A stretch of DNA of 64,000 nt, taken from NCBI GenBank assembly GCA_016839585.1, contig JAEOTZ010000042.1, forward strand, positions 24,110-88,109. Reading direction: 5' to 3'. This DNA comes from Promethearchaeota archaeon. Its GTDB lineage: Archaea; Asgardarchaeota; Lokiarchaeia; Sigyniarchaeales; SOKP01. The notes beneath the pieces were generated by a model, which was not told the DNA's origin, did not search any database, and worked only from the letters and a program-made list of their open reading frames with translations. Position numbers and translations under genes: made by a program. This document shows positions 19,614 to 29,864 of the stretch, piece by piece (position 1 is the stretch's first letter; each line of letters opens with the position of its first letter).

Positions 19614-20216
19614 TTAATTAAATAAGCCTGAAATCCCTTTAATATGATATTTTATTAAGAAATCTATATTGGAATCGACCCACTCATCATTTTTATAATG
19701 TTTTGCTAATTCAAGTAAGCCCTCTAATAAATTAGTGGCAATGATATGCATACCAAATGAATGGTTTAAATTATTATCTTTTGTTTCCTTCTGGTGAACA
19801 GTACTCTCTGTAAAATGCGATTCGATTTGCTTAATTAAATTTTCTTTAAAATTTTCATATTTCGTTCCTTCACTTCTATCCATAAGAATTATTAGTTCTT
19901 TTGGGTTCTCTTTAATTATTTCACCGACTGGATGAGCAAGAAGATCTGAAAACTGTTTGAAAAATTCATCCTCACCTAGATTTCTCTCTGTCTCAAATAA
20001 TTTAAATAGTAATTTTTTAGTTCTATTATATACAGGATCAATTAGAGAAGAAAACAAATAATCTTTACTTTTAAAGTAATTGTATATATTGCTAGTACTT
20101 ACTCGTGCTTTTTTTGCAATATTTCGCATTGAAGTCTTGGTAAAACCATATTCTAGGAAGTCTTCACGAGCTGCATTTTCTATTCTTTTTTTTATCTTTT
20201 CTTTTTTTATTTGCAT
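19614..20216 (-). CDS. TetR/AcrR family transcriptional regulator
   Basis: GFTKTSMRNIAKKARVSTSNIYNYFKSKDYLF HTH. Confidence 0.92.
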   Translation of the reverse strand: MQIKKEKIKKRIENAAREDFLEYGFTKTSMRNIAKKARVSTSNIYNYFKSKDYLFSSLIDPVYNRTKKLLFKLFETERNLGEDEFFKQFSDLLAHPVGEIIKENPKELIILMDRSEGTKYENFKENLIKQIESHFTESTVHQKETKDNNLNHSFGMHIIATNLLEGLLELAKHYKNDEWVDSNIDFLIKYHIKGISGLFN

Positions 20217-20291
20217 GAAAATTTCCTTTTAATGTTTAAAAAAAAATAGATTTAGATATTTTTTATTTTTTAACTTTGTTTTTTAATTTAT

Positions 20292-21203
20292 TTATGAATA
20301 AACATATGATTTGGGATTTTCATTACTGACTAATGGACCTCGCCCATTCATTGCATTTTCAAGCATATTATTCAATCTTGTCCAATTTGTATTAACATTT
20401 ATTGCATTAAATTGACATTCAAGAATACATGCTACACAATGGATGCAAAAAGGCTTATCCAAGAGTATAGGCCCGTCATCTGTCATTTCAATACAATTTA
20501 CTGGACAAATATCTATACACCGTTCACATTTTTGACATAGATCATGGTTAAAAATAAGTTTTGGGTACAAATAATTATGCCAGAACTTTTCTCTGAAAAT
20601 AATCTTTGCTTTCATTCTATTCTTTAATTTCTGATAATTTAATTTCTTTGTAATATCCTTCGACTTATTAATAACTCCATAATTGAACTGGACTATCTTA
20701 TCTGCTAATTCCTCTATAGTTGGTAGAGCTTCTTCTCCGGGCATTCCTTCATTTATTTTAATATTGATCTGTGGTAAAGCAGTCATACAATGGAATGCAT
20801 TTATCTTCATACTCAAGATTGTGATTCGCCCTGACTTTTTCAAAAGGTTTGCCGCTTCGTGAAGAGCCACCCCAGAATTTATTGCTCCATAAGTTACAAA
20901 TGGAACTGCTAACCGTGCCCATCCATTTTCTGGTTTAGGTAAAGCTTTTATGATGTTTTTTACATTATAATGTAAATGATGGGCATAAACAGGAGATCCA
21001 ATACATAAAAGATCGTGTTCCTTAATATTTTCTCTTAAAAAAGATTTCATATTGTCATTTCGAAAAATCATATCATTTCCAGTAAAATTATATAATTGAA
21101 CATCGAAATTTCTGGATATTAATTGTTTTTCTAGCATTTGCCCAACTTTTAATGTATTTCCAGTTGGGCTAAAAACTATAATTGCTGCTTTCAAGAGTCT
21201 CAC
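20292..21203 (-). CDS. EFR1-type flavodoxin + 2[4Fe-4S] ferredoxin fusion
   Basis: FSPTGNT, GSPVY, FVTYG; CQKCERCIDICP and CIHCVACILEC. Confidence 0.88.
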   Translation of the reverse strand: MRLLKAAIIVFSPTGNTLKVGQMLEKQLISRNFDVQLYNFTGNDMIFRNDNMKSFLRENIKEHDLLCIGSPVYAHHLHYNVKNIIKALPKPENGWARLAVPFVTYGAINSGVALHEAANLLKKSGRITILSMKINAFHCMTALPQINIKINEGMPGEEALPTIEELADKIVQFNYGVINKSKDITKKLNYQKLKNRMKAKIIFREKFWHNYLYPKLIFNHDLCQKCERCIDICPVNCIEMTDDGPILLDKPFCIHCVACILECQFNAINVNTNWTRLNNMLENAMNGRGPLVSNENPKSYVYS

Positions 21204-21227
21204 CTCTAAAGATGTTATTTATTATTT

Positions 21228-21280
21228 AATAACGAACAATCGTTCGCTATTTATTAATAAAAAAGAACAAATGTTCTCTT
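21228..21280. promoter_or_regulatory. Tandem GAAC-N4-GTTC operators, probably bound by the co-transcribed TetR
   Basis: AATAACGAAC-AATC-GTTCGCTATT (21228-21251) and AAAAGAAC-AAAT-GTTCTCTT (21261-21280), just upstream of the EFR1-tetR pair. Confidence 0.65.
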
Positions 21281-21501
21281 TTAAACTTTATGGTTTAAAA
21301 ATGCAGAAATCTAAATATTGTCTAAAAAACGTGATAAGTCCTTTATCTTTACTTTTGGATTAAAATACAAATAATGTACTTCAGAGGTTTCTAATTTATA
21401 ATTAAGTGAATATCTAAAGTTTATAGATTTAAGACAATTTTAACAAAAATTAATAGACTATAACCGAGATTTTGATATTTGAGTTAAGTATTAATAACCA
21501 T

Positions 21502-23610
21502 ATGATTACAAAAGAAACAAAAAAAAATCATCTATTCAATGAAAAAAGCCCTTATTTACTTCAACATGTTGAAAATCCTGTTGATTGGTACCCATGGGGA
21601 GAGGAAGCCTTTAAAAAAGCTAAAGAGGAGAATAAGACTATCTTCTTGTCAATAGGATATTCTACTTGCCACTGGTGCCATGTTATGGCCCATGAATCTT
21701 TTGAGGACGACGAAGTAGCAGAATTAATGAATGAAGTATTTGTATCAATAAAAGTAGATAGAGAAGAACGTCCAGATATTGATAAGATTTATATGACAGT
21801 CTGTCAAATGATGACAGGAAGTGGAGGATGGCCATTAACCATAATGATAACACCTGACAAGAAGCCTTTCTTTGCAGGTACCTACTTTCCGAAAGAAAGT
21901 CGCTTTGGGCGTATAGGACTTATTGATTTAATTAAAAGAGTAAAAAATCTCTGGAATAATAATAAAAATGAAATATTAAATTCCGCTGATCAGATTACAA
22001 TGACTCTACAGAATATTGATCAAGAAGCTCCAGGAGATAATTTCAGTAAAACAATATTAAATAAAGCTTATAAGCAGCTAAAAAACAATTTTGATGAAAA
22101 AAATGGTGGATTTAGCGAACGTCCAAAATTTCCGACACCTCATAATCTTTTATTCTTACTTCGATACTGGAAGCGAACAGGAGAGAAGGAAGTTTTAGAA
22201 ATGGTAGAAAAGACACTTCAAGCAATGAGAAGAGGTGGAATTTATGATCATATTGGTTTTGGAATCCATCGATATTCAACAGATTCAACTTGGCTTGTTC
22301 CTCATTTTGAAAAAATGCTTTATGATCAAGCATTAGTTGCCATGGCATATATAGAGGCATATCAAGCTACAAAAAATCCGGAATACAGAAAAACTACTCA
22401 AGAAATATTTGAATATGTTTTACGTGATATGACTTCTCCTGAAGGAGGATTCTATTCGGCAGAAGATGCTGATAGCGAGGGAGAAGAAGGAAAGTTTTAT
22501 GTATGGTCAAAAAATGATGTTGATAAGATTCTTGATAAGAATGAATTTGATTTAGTTATGAAAGTTTTTAATATTAAAAAATCTGGTAATTATTTAGAAG
22601 AATCAATAGGAAGAAAAACTGGGCAAAATATATTACATTTGACTGCTCCTTTAACAAAAATTTCAAGCGATCTTAGCATTTCGGAAAAAGAATTAGTATC
22701 AAAAATTGAAAATATACGTAGAAAGCTGTTTGAAGTACGTGAGAAGAGAGTTCATCCTCATAAAGATGATAAAATCTTAGTAGATTGGAATGGATTAATG
22801 ATCGCAGCATTAGCTAAAGGAGCACAAATCTTTAATGAAAGAAAATATCTGAAAATGGCTATAAAAGCTTCTGAATTTATATTATCATCATTACGTTTAC
22901 CTAATGGTAGATTACTGCATCGATATAGGGAAGGAGTAGGTGAAATCAATGGATACTTATCGGATTACGCTTTCTTAATTTCGGGATTAATTGAATTGTA
23001 CGAAGCTACTTTTGATATTTATTTTCTTAAAACTGCGCTGGAACTCCATGAAATTCAATTAAAACATTTTTGGGACAATAATATTGGTGGTTTTTTTCTC
23101 ACGGCGGACGATAGTGAAAAGTTATTAACGAGACAAAAAGAAATCTATGATGGTGCAATACCATCTGGAAATTCTGTAGCAATGTTAAATTTATTACGTT
23201 TAAGTTATCTCACAGGTGATCACAAATTAGAAGAAAAGGCAGATATAATAGGTAGAGTATTTACGGAAAAATTAAGTAATACACCTATAGCTTATACACA
23301 TTTCATGATAGCAGCAGATTTTGCAATAGGACCAACATATTCTTTGGTAATTGCTGGAAATACAAATAGTAAAGATACTAATGAGATGATAACAACAATA
23401 CGAAATGAGTATATTCCTAATAAAGTCCTAATGCAAAGAAAAACAGAACAAAATCCACCAGATATAGACGAATTCTCAAACTTTGTTGAATACTTTGATA
23501 ATCTTGAGGGGAAAGCTACGGCATATGTCTGTGTTAATAAAACATGTAAACCTCCAACCCATAATCTGGATCAAATGATTGAATTTCTTAAATCAGATTG
23601 GAGCAATTAG
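21502..23610 (+). CDS. yyaL: YyaL/SSP411 (SPATA20-like) thioredoxin + alpha/alpha-barrel protein
   Basis: [55 protein letters not shown]. Confidence 0.92.
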   Translation: MITKETKKNHLFNEKSPYLLQHVENPVDWYPWGEEAFKKAKEENKTIFLSIGYSTCHWCHVMAHESFEDDEVAELMNEVFVSIKVDREERPDIDKIYMTVCQMMTGSGGWPLTIMITPDKKPFFAGTYFPKESRFGRIGLIDLIKRVKNLWNNNKNEILNSADQITMTLQNIDQEAPGDNFSKTILNKAYKQLKNNFDEKNGGFSERPKFPTPHNLLFLLRYWKRTGEKEVLEMVEKTLQAMRRGGIYDHIGFGIHRYSTDSTWLVPHFEKMLYDQALVAMAYIEAYQATKNPEYRKTTQEIFEYVLRDMTSPEGGFYSAEDADSEGEEGKFYVWSKNDVDKILDKNEFDLVMKVFNIKKSGNYLEESIGRKTGQNILHLTAPLTKISSDLSISEKELVSKIENIRRKLFEVREKRVHPHKDDKILVDWNGLMIAALAKGAQIFNERKYLKMAIKASEFILSSLRLPNGRLLHRYREGVGEINGYLSDYAFLISGLIELYEATFDIYFLKTALELHEIQLKHFWDNNIGGFFLTADDSEKLLTRQKEIYDGAIPSGNSVAMLNLLRLSYLTGDHKLEEKADIIGRVFTEKLSNTPIAYTHFMIAADFAIGPTYSLVIAGNTNSKDTNEMITTIRNEYIPNKVLMQRKTEQNPPDIDEFSNFVEYFDNLEGKATAYVCVNKTCKPPTHNLDQMIEFLKSDWSN

Positions 23611-23753
23611 TTTGTATGAGCATGACAATGTAATTTATCATTAATAGAACAATTTGAACACTCTGAGATATTTTTCCAAATACAAATTCCACGAGTATTG
23701 GTGTTTATTTCTTCATCTTCTATATTAGATTTAAAATTATTATTATTTTTCAT
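23607..23753 (-). CDS. 48-aa Cys/His-rich small protein or N-terminal remnant of a longer gene
   Basis: Manual translation [48 protein letters not shown]; stop overlaps the yyaL stop. Confidence 0.45.
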   Translation of the reverse strand: MKNNNNFKSNIEDEEINTNTRGICIWKNISECSNCSINDKLHCHAHTN

Positions 23754-23853
23754 CAAATTAACAAATATATTAGTTGAATAATGTAAAATTCATGCTTGCA
23801 TTAAATTATAGAAATAAAAAAAAATAAATTTTTATAGTTTTTAAAAGTAGTAT

Positions 23854-24144
23854 TTATTTTTCTCTAAAATCTTCGCCCTCGACAATTTGCATTTCTGCGA
23901 TGGAATCTATTCCAATCCCCTTCATATTTTCATCCCATACTTTTCGGATTGATTCTGCATCTTTCGCATTCCATTCACAATATAACTTTTCATGATCTAG
24001 TACTGCCCAAGTTCTTATCCAATAGGCATCAAAATTACAAGCTTTTCTCACATTAATAATCATTTTATTTTGTTCTGGGGGAATTTCTGCCATTTGTTCC
24101 AACTGTTTTCTTGGTACAGAATGAACTACAATAAATTTTGGCAT
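23854..24144 (-). CDS. DUF4242/SCO4226-like small alpha/beta protein
   Basis: MPKFIVVH...WIRTW...KLYCEWNAKDAESIRK pattern; GAGG RBS. Confidence 0.65.
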   Translation of the reverse strand: MPKFIVVHSVPRKQLEQMAEIPPEQNKMIINVRKACNFDAYWIRTWAVLDHEKLYCEWNAKDAESIRKVWDENMKGIGIDSIAEMQIVEGEDFREK

Positions 24145-24476
24145 TTTTAAACCTCTCTTTAAATTTTTTTAATATTTAAAATATATTTTTGAATTTCTAT
24201 AGAAAATTGGTTCTATTATATATTTATGTACAAATATAATATATATTTTTTTAAAAAATTAAATTAGTAGACTTATTTAAACCTATTTAGAATATCCTTC
24301 TTAGAATTTTAATTTTATACTATTAATTTGATTAAAATTGTTATGTTTTTTATATAAATTAAAAGATTTTTGACAACTAATTATCTTAAATAAATCTAAA
24401 TTTCTTATTTGAGAAGTGAATTTAAAAAGAAGAATTAACTCTAGATCATCGAATAAAATTTAAAAAATGTAAATCA

Positions 24477-25721
24477 ATGCCGAAAGGACAAATTGAAAAA
24501 ATTGAATTAATAAGTAAGTTCTTAGATAAAGCCAAAGTGATAAACTTTGATAAATTAAATACAGTTGATGATATAATCAAATTACCAATTTCAACTTTTA
24601 ATTTCTTGAGTGATGCTGATGTAGAATTAATTTATGATTTATTCGAAATTAGTAGTATAGGACAATTTTCATCTTTGGATTATTTACAACCATTCAAAAT
24701 TTTATATAAAGACAAAAAAACTAAAAGAAAAATTGAGCATATATTACAAACAGATTTAGAAATCGAAGATAAGGTAAAAAAAGCAGTTGCTATAAGCAAA
24801 ATTATATACCAAATAAAAGAAGAATCAATCTCCTTTTTAACAAAAGAGCAAAAAGTTATTGTTGTTGGTTTAAGTAATGCGGGAAAAACAACAATATTGA
24901 AAAAATTTGGTGGACAAATTGGTATAAAAGATCTAGCTAAATTAAGTCCAACAAAAGGAGTGGAACGTCATGAAATAATAACTTCAGATTTAGTTTTAAT
25001 AGTTTGGGATTTTGGTGGTCAGCAAGAATACAGAAAAATGTATCTTCATGAACCTGATAAATATTTTTTAAAAGTTGATTTAATAATGTATGTCATAGAC
25101 CTTCAAGATCCAGAAAAATATGAAGAAAGTATAAAATATTTTAAAGAATTAATTGATATTATCGAAAAACTTGAAGAAAATCCTTACATCTTAATTTTTA
25201 TACATAAATTTGATCCCGATATAAAAGATAATCCGGAAATATTGCTTAATATTGAAGTTGTAAAGGATTTAATTAAAAATGTTTTCAGGGATAAAAAGAA
25301 ATATGATTATGACATATATTTAAGTTCTATATATTCAATATTAGCAAAAGAACCAAAATTTTCAAGATATCTTAAAGATACTATGGTAAAAACTGCAACA
25401 TTAACAGATCATAAATTAGAAGGAATGGCATCAATTTTAGAGTCATCCTTAAATGGAATTATTAGATTATCAGAAACAGTAATGACACAATTTAATGAAA
25501 TTGATAATCGAATAAGAATACTAGAAGGTGAAGAGCCAATCTCAAATAGGGCACCTTCTTCAATACCCTCTCCAGAATATTCTTCCATACCTCCATTTGC
25601 TTCACATTCAAGTACCAATATTGGAAAAAAAGTCATACCTAATAGAATTAAAAATGTAAGAGTTGCTGTTCTTGATGAACTAAAAGAATTACTTGAAAAA
25701 AGAAATAAAAAATTACTATAA
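24477..25721 (+). CDS. Rag/Arf-like small GTPase with N-terminal helical extension, coiled coil, Pro/Ser-rich linker and C-terminal amphipathic helix
   Basis: G1 GLSNAGKTT, G2 PTKG, G3 WDFGGQ, G4 HKFD, G5 SSIY. Confidence 0.88.
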   Translation: MPKGQIEKIELISKFLDKAKVINFDKLNTVDDIIKLPISTFNFLSDADVELIYDLFEISSIGQFSSLDYLQPFKILYKDKKTKRKIEHILQTDLEIEDKVKKAVAISKIIYQIKEESISFLTKEQKVIVVGLSNAGKTTILKKFGGQIGIKDLAKLSPTKGVERHEIITSDLVLIVWDFGGQQEYRKMYLHEPDKYFLKVDLIMYVIDLQDPEKYEESIKYFKELIDIIEKLEENPYILIFIHKFDPDIKDNPEILLNIEVVKDLIKNVFRDKKKYDYDIYLSSIYSILAKEPKFSRYLKDTMVKTATLTDHKLEGMASILESSLNGIIRLSETVMTQFNEIDNRIRILEGEEPISNRAPSSIPSPEYSSIPPFASHSSTNIGKKVIPNRIKNVRVAVLDELKELLEKRNKKLL

Positions 25722-25739
25722 TATAAATTATTATTCAAT

Positions 25740-25892
25740 ATGGCAAAAAAAAAAGAGAATCTCTCTGAAGATGAATTGGATGATTTACTCGATCAAACAT
25801 TTAAAAGACAGGATATAATCCATCATAAATGCCAAATCAGAGACGATCCGGCAAAAAAGCAAGCAGAATGGAAAAAAAAGTATGAAAAATAA
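25740..25892 (+). CDS. 50-aa charged small protein, missed by ORF track
   Basis: MAKKKENLSEDELDDLLDQTFKRQDIIHHKCQIRDDPAKKQAEWKKKYEK*, 18 bp after the GTPase stop. Confidence 0.6.
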   Translation: MAKKKENLSEDELDDLLDQTFKRQDIIHHKCQIRDDPAKKQAEWKKKYEK

Positions 25893-25972
25893 TTAATTCT
25901 TTGCTAATAATTAATCAAGAAAGCCAAATTTTTTTGATCTATCAATATTTCTCATAATATTGATAATTTTTA

Positions 25973-26464
25973 TTACCATCTGGATTTTTCTCCTAATTTA
26001 ATATCTAAAACGGGTGTTCCATCTATAGCATCCAAATTTTTAACAAACAGGGTTGTATTTTCAATCTTAATAAGTTTTACATTTGTAATGCCAATTCGAG
26101 ATAAACGTATTGGTGTTCTAGAGGCGAATATACCCACACTTTTTCCATCAAGCCCTCGAGGAAAAACAGAACGAATTTGCCGCTGTTTATGAAAATAATA
26201 TACAATCGTAATCCATTTTTCATCCTCTAATCTGTAAAGAAAGGATTCTTGGGATTTAAATAGGTGAATCTTAGAAATATTATCCCGACTTCCTCTAAGC
26301 CCAAATTTATGCCCTCGTGTTAGTTGGTTCTCAACAAATCCAATTGGATAAATTTTGAATGGTTTATGATTATTATATAAACACGAATGGCAAATGAATT
26401 TACCATCAATTTTTTCCATATGAGGTAAATCTTTTTCTTTTTTACATATATTACAAATTGGCAT
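25973..26464 (-). CDS. TsaA/TrmO-like SAM-binding protein with N-terminal C2C2 zinc finger
   Basis: YPIGFV, VYYFH, GIFASRTP, LDAIDGTPVLDIK; CNIC...CHSC. Confidence 0.75.
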   Translation of the reverse strand: MPICNICKKEKDLPHMEKIDGKFICHSCLYNNHKPFKIYPIGFVENQLTRGHKFGLRGSRDNISKIHLFKSQESFLYRLEDEKWITIVYYFHKQRQIRSVFPRGLDGKSVGIFASRTPIRLSRIGITNVKLIKIENTTLFVKNLDAIDGTPVLDIKLGEKSRW

Positions 26465-26622
26465 ATAAACTTCAATTATGTTAATATGAAAACATTTTTA
26501 GTATTTATTCCAAAAAATCTTTAATTTCACTAGTAATATCAAAATAATAATTATATAAAATCTGAAAAATAAACAAATTAAACAATATGTTAAAGAAATT
26601 CTTCCACATGGAACATAAAGAT

Positions 26623-27387
26623 TCAATTATTTTGAGTATTAGTAGAATTCAAATATTTTTTTAATTTCATAAATACTTCTGTTGCTTTTCCTTTTAAAAG
26701 AATATCGACAATTGTCTGAGTATATTTGGTTGGTTCAATATTGACTTCAATAATTCGTGCACCTTTTTCTCTTGCAACATACGGAATTAAAGAAGCAGGA
26801 AATATTTCTCCAGTCGTCCCGACTAATATAAATAGTTCTGCCATTGATGTATACTTATTAGAAAGAATCTGAGTTTCAGGTGGAATTGGTTCATTAAAAA
26901 ATACAAAATTAGGTTTTAGCAAACCATCACAATGGGGGCAATGAGGAGGTAATTTTTCTTTATTTATAAGTTTATTACTATTAACTTTTTGAGCACAATT
27001 TAAACAAGTTAAGGTTCTTGATGTTCCATGATATTCAACAATATTTTTACTTCCAGCATTTTGATGTAGATTATCTATATTTTGGGTAATTATTGCATTA
27101 ATTAACCCTTTTTTTTCTAATTCTGCAATTATATAATGAGCGTCATTTGGATTTGCTTTATTGAAAAAATCATAAAAAATCTTATATATTAATTCCCAGG
27201 ATTCTTTTGGATGTTCCTTAAAATAGCTCATTAATAAAAAAGATGGATTATATTTGCTCCATAGCCCATTTTCACCGCGAAAGGGTGGGATCCCGCTTTC
27301 GACGGAAATTCCTGCCCCTGTAAAAAGTACAGTATATTTGGATTCTAAAATCCATTCTGCAGCTAATTGATAGTCATCAATTTTCAA
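26623..27387 (-). CDS. cobB: NAD-dependent protein deacylase (Sir2 family)
   Basis: TGAGISVESGIPPFRG, TQNIDNLHQ, HG, two CxxC, GTTGEIFPA. Confidence 0.93.
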   Translation of the reverse strand: MKIDDYQLAAEWILESKYTVLFTGAGISVESGIPPFRGENGLWSKYNPSFLLMSYFKEHPKESWELIYKIFYDFFNKANPNDAHYIIAELEKKGLINAIITQNIDNLHQNAGSKNIVEYHGTSRTLTCLNCAQKVNSNKLINKEKLPPHCPHCDGLLKPNFVFFNEPIPPETQILSNKYTSMAELFILVGTTGEIFPASLIPYVAREKGARIIEVNIEPTKYTQTIVDILLKGKATEVFMKLKKYLNSTNTQNN

Positions 27388-27425
27388 GCTAAATTCACTT
27401 TTTAGACAAAATTAATAGTAATATA

Positions 27426-27668
27426 ATGTATATAAATGATATGGAGAAAAATTTTTGTCGCTGGTATGATAAAACCTCAGCAATAAAACGAGCTTATGAT
27501 AAAGGATTAATCAATAAGAAATGGGTTGAAAATTATTGTTGGACTGGTGGAAAAAATTGTGTTAGAAAAAGAAGATTTGAAAGGGAAGGATATGTATCTC
27601 CTAATTATGTTCTTCCAGATGGAACTGAAGATTCTAAGTTAAAAGAATATTATTCTAATATTCATTAA
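27426..27668 (+). CDS. Small Cys-containing hypothetical protein
   Basis: CRWY...WVENYC...CVR...LPDG pattern; start may be 27441. Confidence 0.6.
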   Translation: MYINDMEKNFCRWYDKTSAIKRAYDKGLINKKWVENYCWTGGKNCVRKRRFEREGYVSPNYVLPDGTEDSKLKEYYSNIH

Positions 27669-27751
27669 ACCTGTTAAAATTAACCCTATTAATTAAAAAA
27701 TCATAAGAACTTTTAAAAAAGCTTAAATTTCTCCTTATTTATTTTCGAATT

Positions 27752-28327
27752 ATGGCAAAGAAAAAAGAGATTGATCCTAAAAATTATGCACTATGTTTCA
27801 TTCCCGTACCTGTTTACCTTATTTCTACAATAAGTGAAGATAATATCTTTAACATTGCTCCTTATGGAATGGTAATGCCTGTTTCTTATAACCCATTAAT
27901 TATTAGTGTCGGATCTGCGAGAAATAGAGATACTTATAAAAATATTGTGGATACTCATGAATTTGTATTAAATGTTCCAAGTACTGAACTTTTGAGGAAA
28001 GTAAATAGAACTGCCGATCCCATTCCATCGGAGGATGACGAATTTATTCATGCCGGACTAACCCCTATCGATTCAAAAACTGTTAAAGCTCCAAGGATTA
28101 AAGAATGTAGCGCTCATTTTGAATGTAAAACGATTTGGATAAGGGAAATATCAAAAGAAGCTAAAAATAGGGATATAATAATAGCAAAAGTAGTTGCTTT
28201 ATCTCTTGACAAAAATCTTTTTTTAAAAAACATATGTAAACAAAAAGGACTTATGAGTCCCATATATTATGAGAGAGATTCATATTTTACTCTTGGATCT
28301 TATATAGGAAATCGAAGAATGAGATGA
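27752..28327 (+). CDS. Flavin reductase-like FMN-binding protein (flavoredoxin type)
   Basis: PVPVYLIST, NIAPY, DTYKNI, EFVLNVP, APRIKEC..HFEC. Confidence 0.88.
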   Translation: MAKKKEIDPKNYALCFIPVPVYLISTISEDNIFNIAPYGMVMPVSYNPLIISVGSARNRDTYKNIVDTHEFVLNVPSTELLRKVNRTADPIPSEDDEFIHAGLTPIDSKTVKAPRIKECSAHFECKTIWIREISKEAKNRDIIIAKVVALSLDKNLFLKNICKQKGLMSPIYYERDSYFTLGSYIGNRRMR

Positions 28328-28434
28328 ATAAAATAATATTATGTTAATCTGTTCCATGAATATTCTTAAACAGGAAGTTATATCATCCATATGAACCGGA
28401 ATTGATAATATCATAACCTTTGTTTTCTTTAATT

Positions 28435-29076
28435 TTAAATCTCTCCATTTTCCCTTAAAGTATCGATCCATTTCGTCATTAATTGAAGAAATTGGTGCCT
28501 TGCGGTTCTGATATGTTCAGGAAGTTGGCTAACTAGTTTTCTCTTTTCTTCCATACCGTTGTCTTTGCAGTCCCATATTTTATTAGTCCCACAAAAACAG
28601 AGAGGCATATCTGATTTTCCATCCCAGTTCTCTGTAGTGAAAAATCCAAGTTTTTTAAGTGGTTTATCAATTGTTACATCTATCTGTATCCATTTCCCAT
28701 TTACTAGAATTTTAATATAGTTATGAAAGTCTATAATTTCATTCTGTTTTAGCATATATTTTAAATCTTCAGAAAAGTTTACTATTTCATATCTCCCTGT
28801 AGGAAACCATATCAAATCCTTCCAACGTTGCATACAGATCATATCTTTTGTTTTTAATTCGATACCTTTATATAACTCTCTTAATAGGAAATGTTTTCCT
28901 GAACATGTACCTTTATTTGATTTATAAATATCCATAGGATTTCTAGAACCGATGCTACCAAAGCGAATATCCCTTACTTTTTCAAAAACTTTTACTATTT
29001 GATCATCTATGGATAATTCGTAAATATCCCATGTTTTTAGAATTTTAATTCTTTCTTTTTGACTTAAAAACTCCAT
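28435..29076 (-). CDS. Transglutaminase-like (Cys-His-Asp) protein
   Basis: GTCSGKH, DFHNY, WIQIDVT. Confidence 0.72.
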   Translation of the reverse strand: MEFLSQKERIKILKTWDIYELSIDDQIVKVFEKVRDIRFGSIGSRNPMDIYKSNKGTCSGKHFLLRELYKGIELKTKDMICMQRWKDLIWFPTGRYEIVNFSEDLKYMLKQNEIIDFHNYIKILVNGKWIQIDVTIDKPLKKLGFFTTENWDGKSDMPLCFCGTNKIWDCKDNGMEEKRKLVSQLPEHIRTARHQFLQLMTKWIDTLRENGEI

Positions 29077-29126
29077 TTTAAAGAAACCTCCAATTTTTTC
29101 TAAACTTAATATAAAAGAAAAAAAAT

Positions 29127-29864
29127 TTAATACAATCTAAGAATCTGACCACATGAATATTCCCCTAACCCCGAGAGCCAAAGATTTACTGTCCAAATGA
29201 TTCTTTTAGGATCATTTTTATAATTAGGTCCAAGAGCTATTCCATTTACAGAAACTCCTTGAGGGATAATATCTGCTGCTATTGAAGTCATCATTCCTGT
29301 AATTCCACTTGAGCAAGCACTTTCATGGATAGATCCGTTAAGTGTTATGTCTCCTTCTCCTTCTCCTTCTCCAGTATATCCATTGGTTGTATTAAAAAAA
29401 ACTACTCTCCCACTTTCTGCTTGGATCATTAAGGGAACAACGGCTTTCAGCACTAAAAAGTAATTAACTATCCAATCTTGAAATAAGTAATCCCATGTTT
29501 CTAAAGATAGATCCTCTGGTTTTATATTACGTTTTACATCATCGATATAGTAAGAACAAATCAAATAGTTAATATCACCAAAATAGCTATATATTCCTTC
29601 AACAGCATCAATTATATTATCTTTATTACCAGATTTTACTATCTTATAAATGACTTCATTGTATTTTTTTAAATTATCCACGTCTCCACTGTTTTTATGA
29701 GAATCAAGATCAATCAAACCTAGATTAACATTTTTTTGAGCAAGAAACTTACTGATCGTTTTTCCAACAAAACTATTTGCTCCAAATATAATACAATTCT
29801 GTCCTTTATAGAATTGATCCTTGATAATCTTCCACCTCTTTTTAAAGATATGTGATTCCTCCAT
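29127..29864 (-). CDS. Atypical short-chain dehydrogenase/reductase lacking YxxxK
   Basis: Rossmann-like GANSFVG, VSVNGIALG, GQIL; HESACS where YxxxK is expected. Confidence 0.7.
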   Translation of the reverse strand: MEESHIFKKRWKIIKDQFYKGQNCIIFGANSFVGKTISKFLAQKNVNLGLIDLDSHKNSGDVDNLKKYNEVIYKIVKSGNKDNIIDAVEGIYSYFGDINYLICSYYIDDVKRNIKPEDLSLETWDYLFQDWIVNYFLVLKAVVPLMIQAESGRVVFFNTTNGYTGEGEGEGDITLNGSIHESACSSGITGMMTSIAADIIPQGVSVNGIALGPNYKNDPKRIIWTVNLWLSGLGEYSCGQILRLY

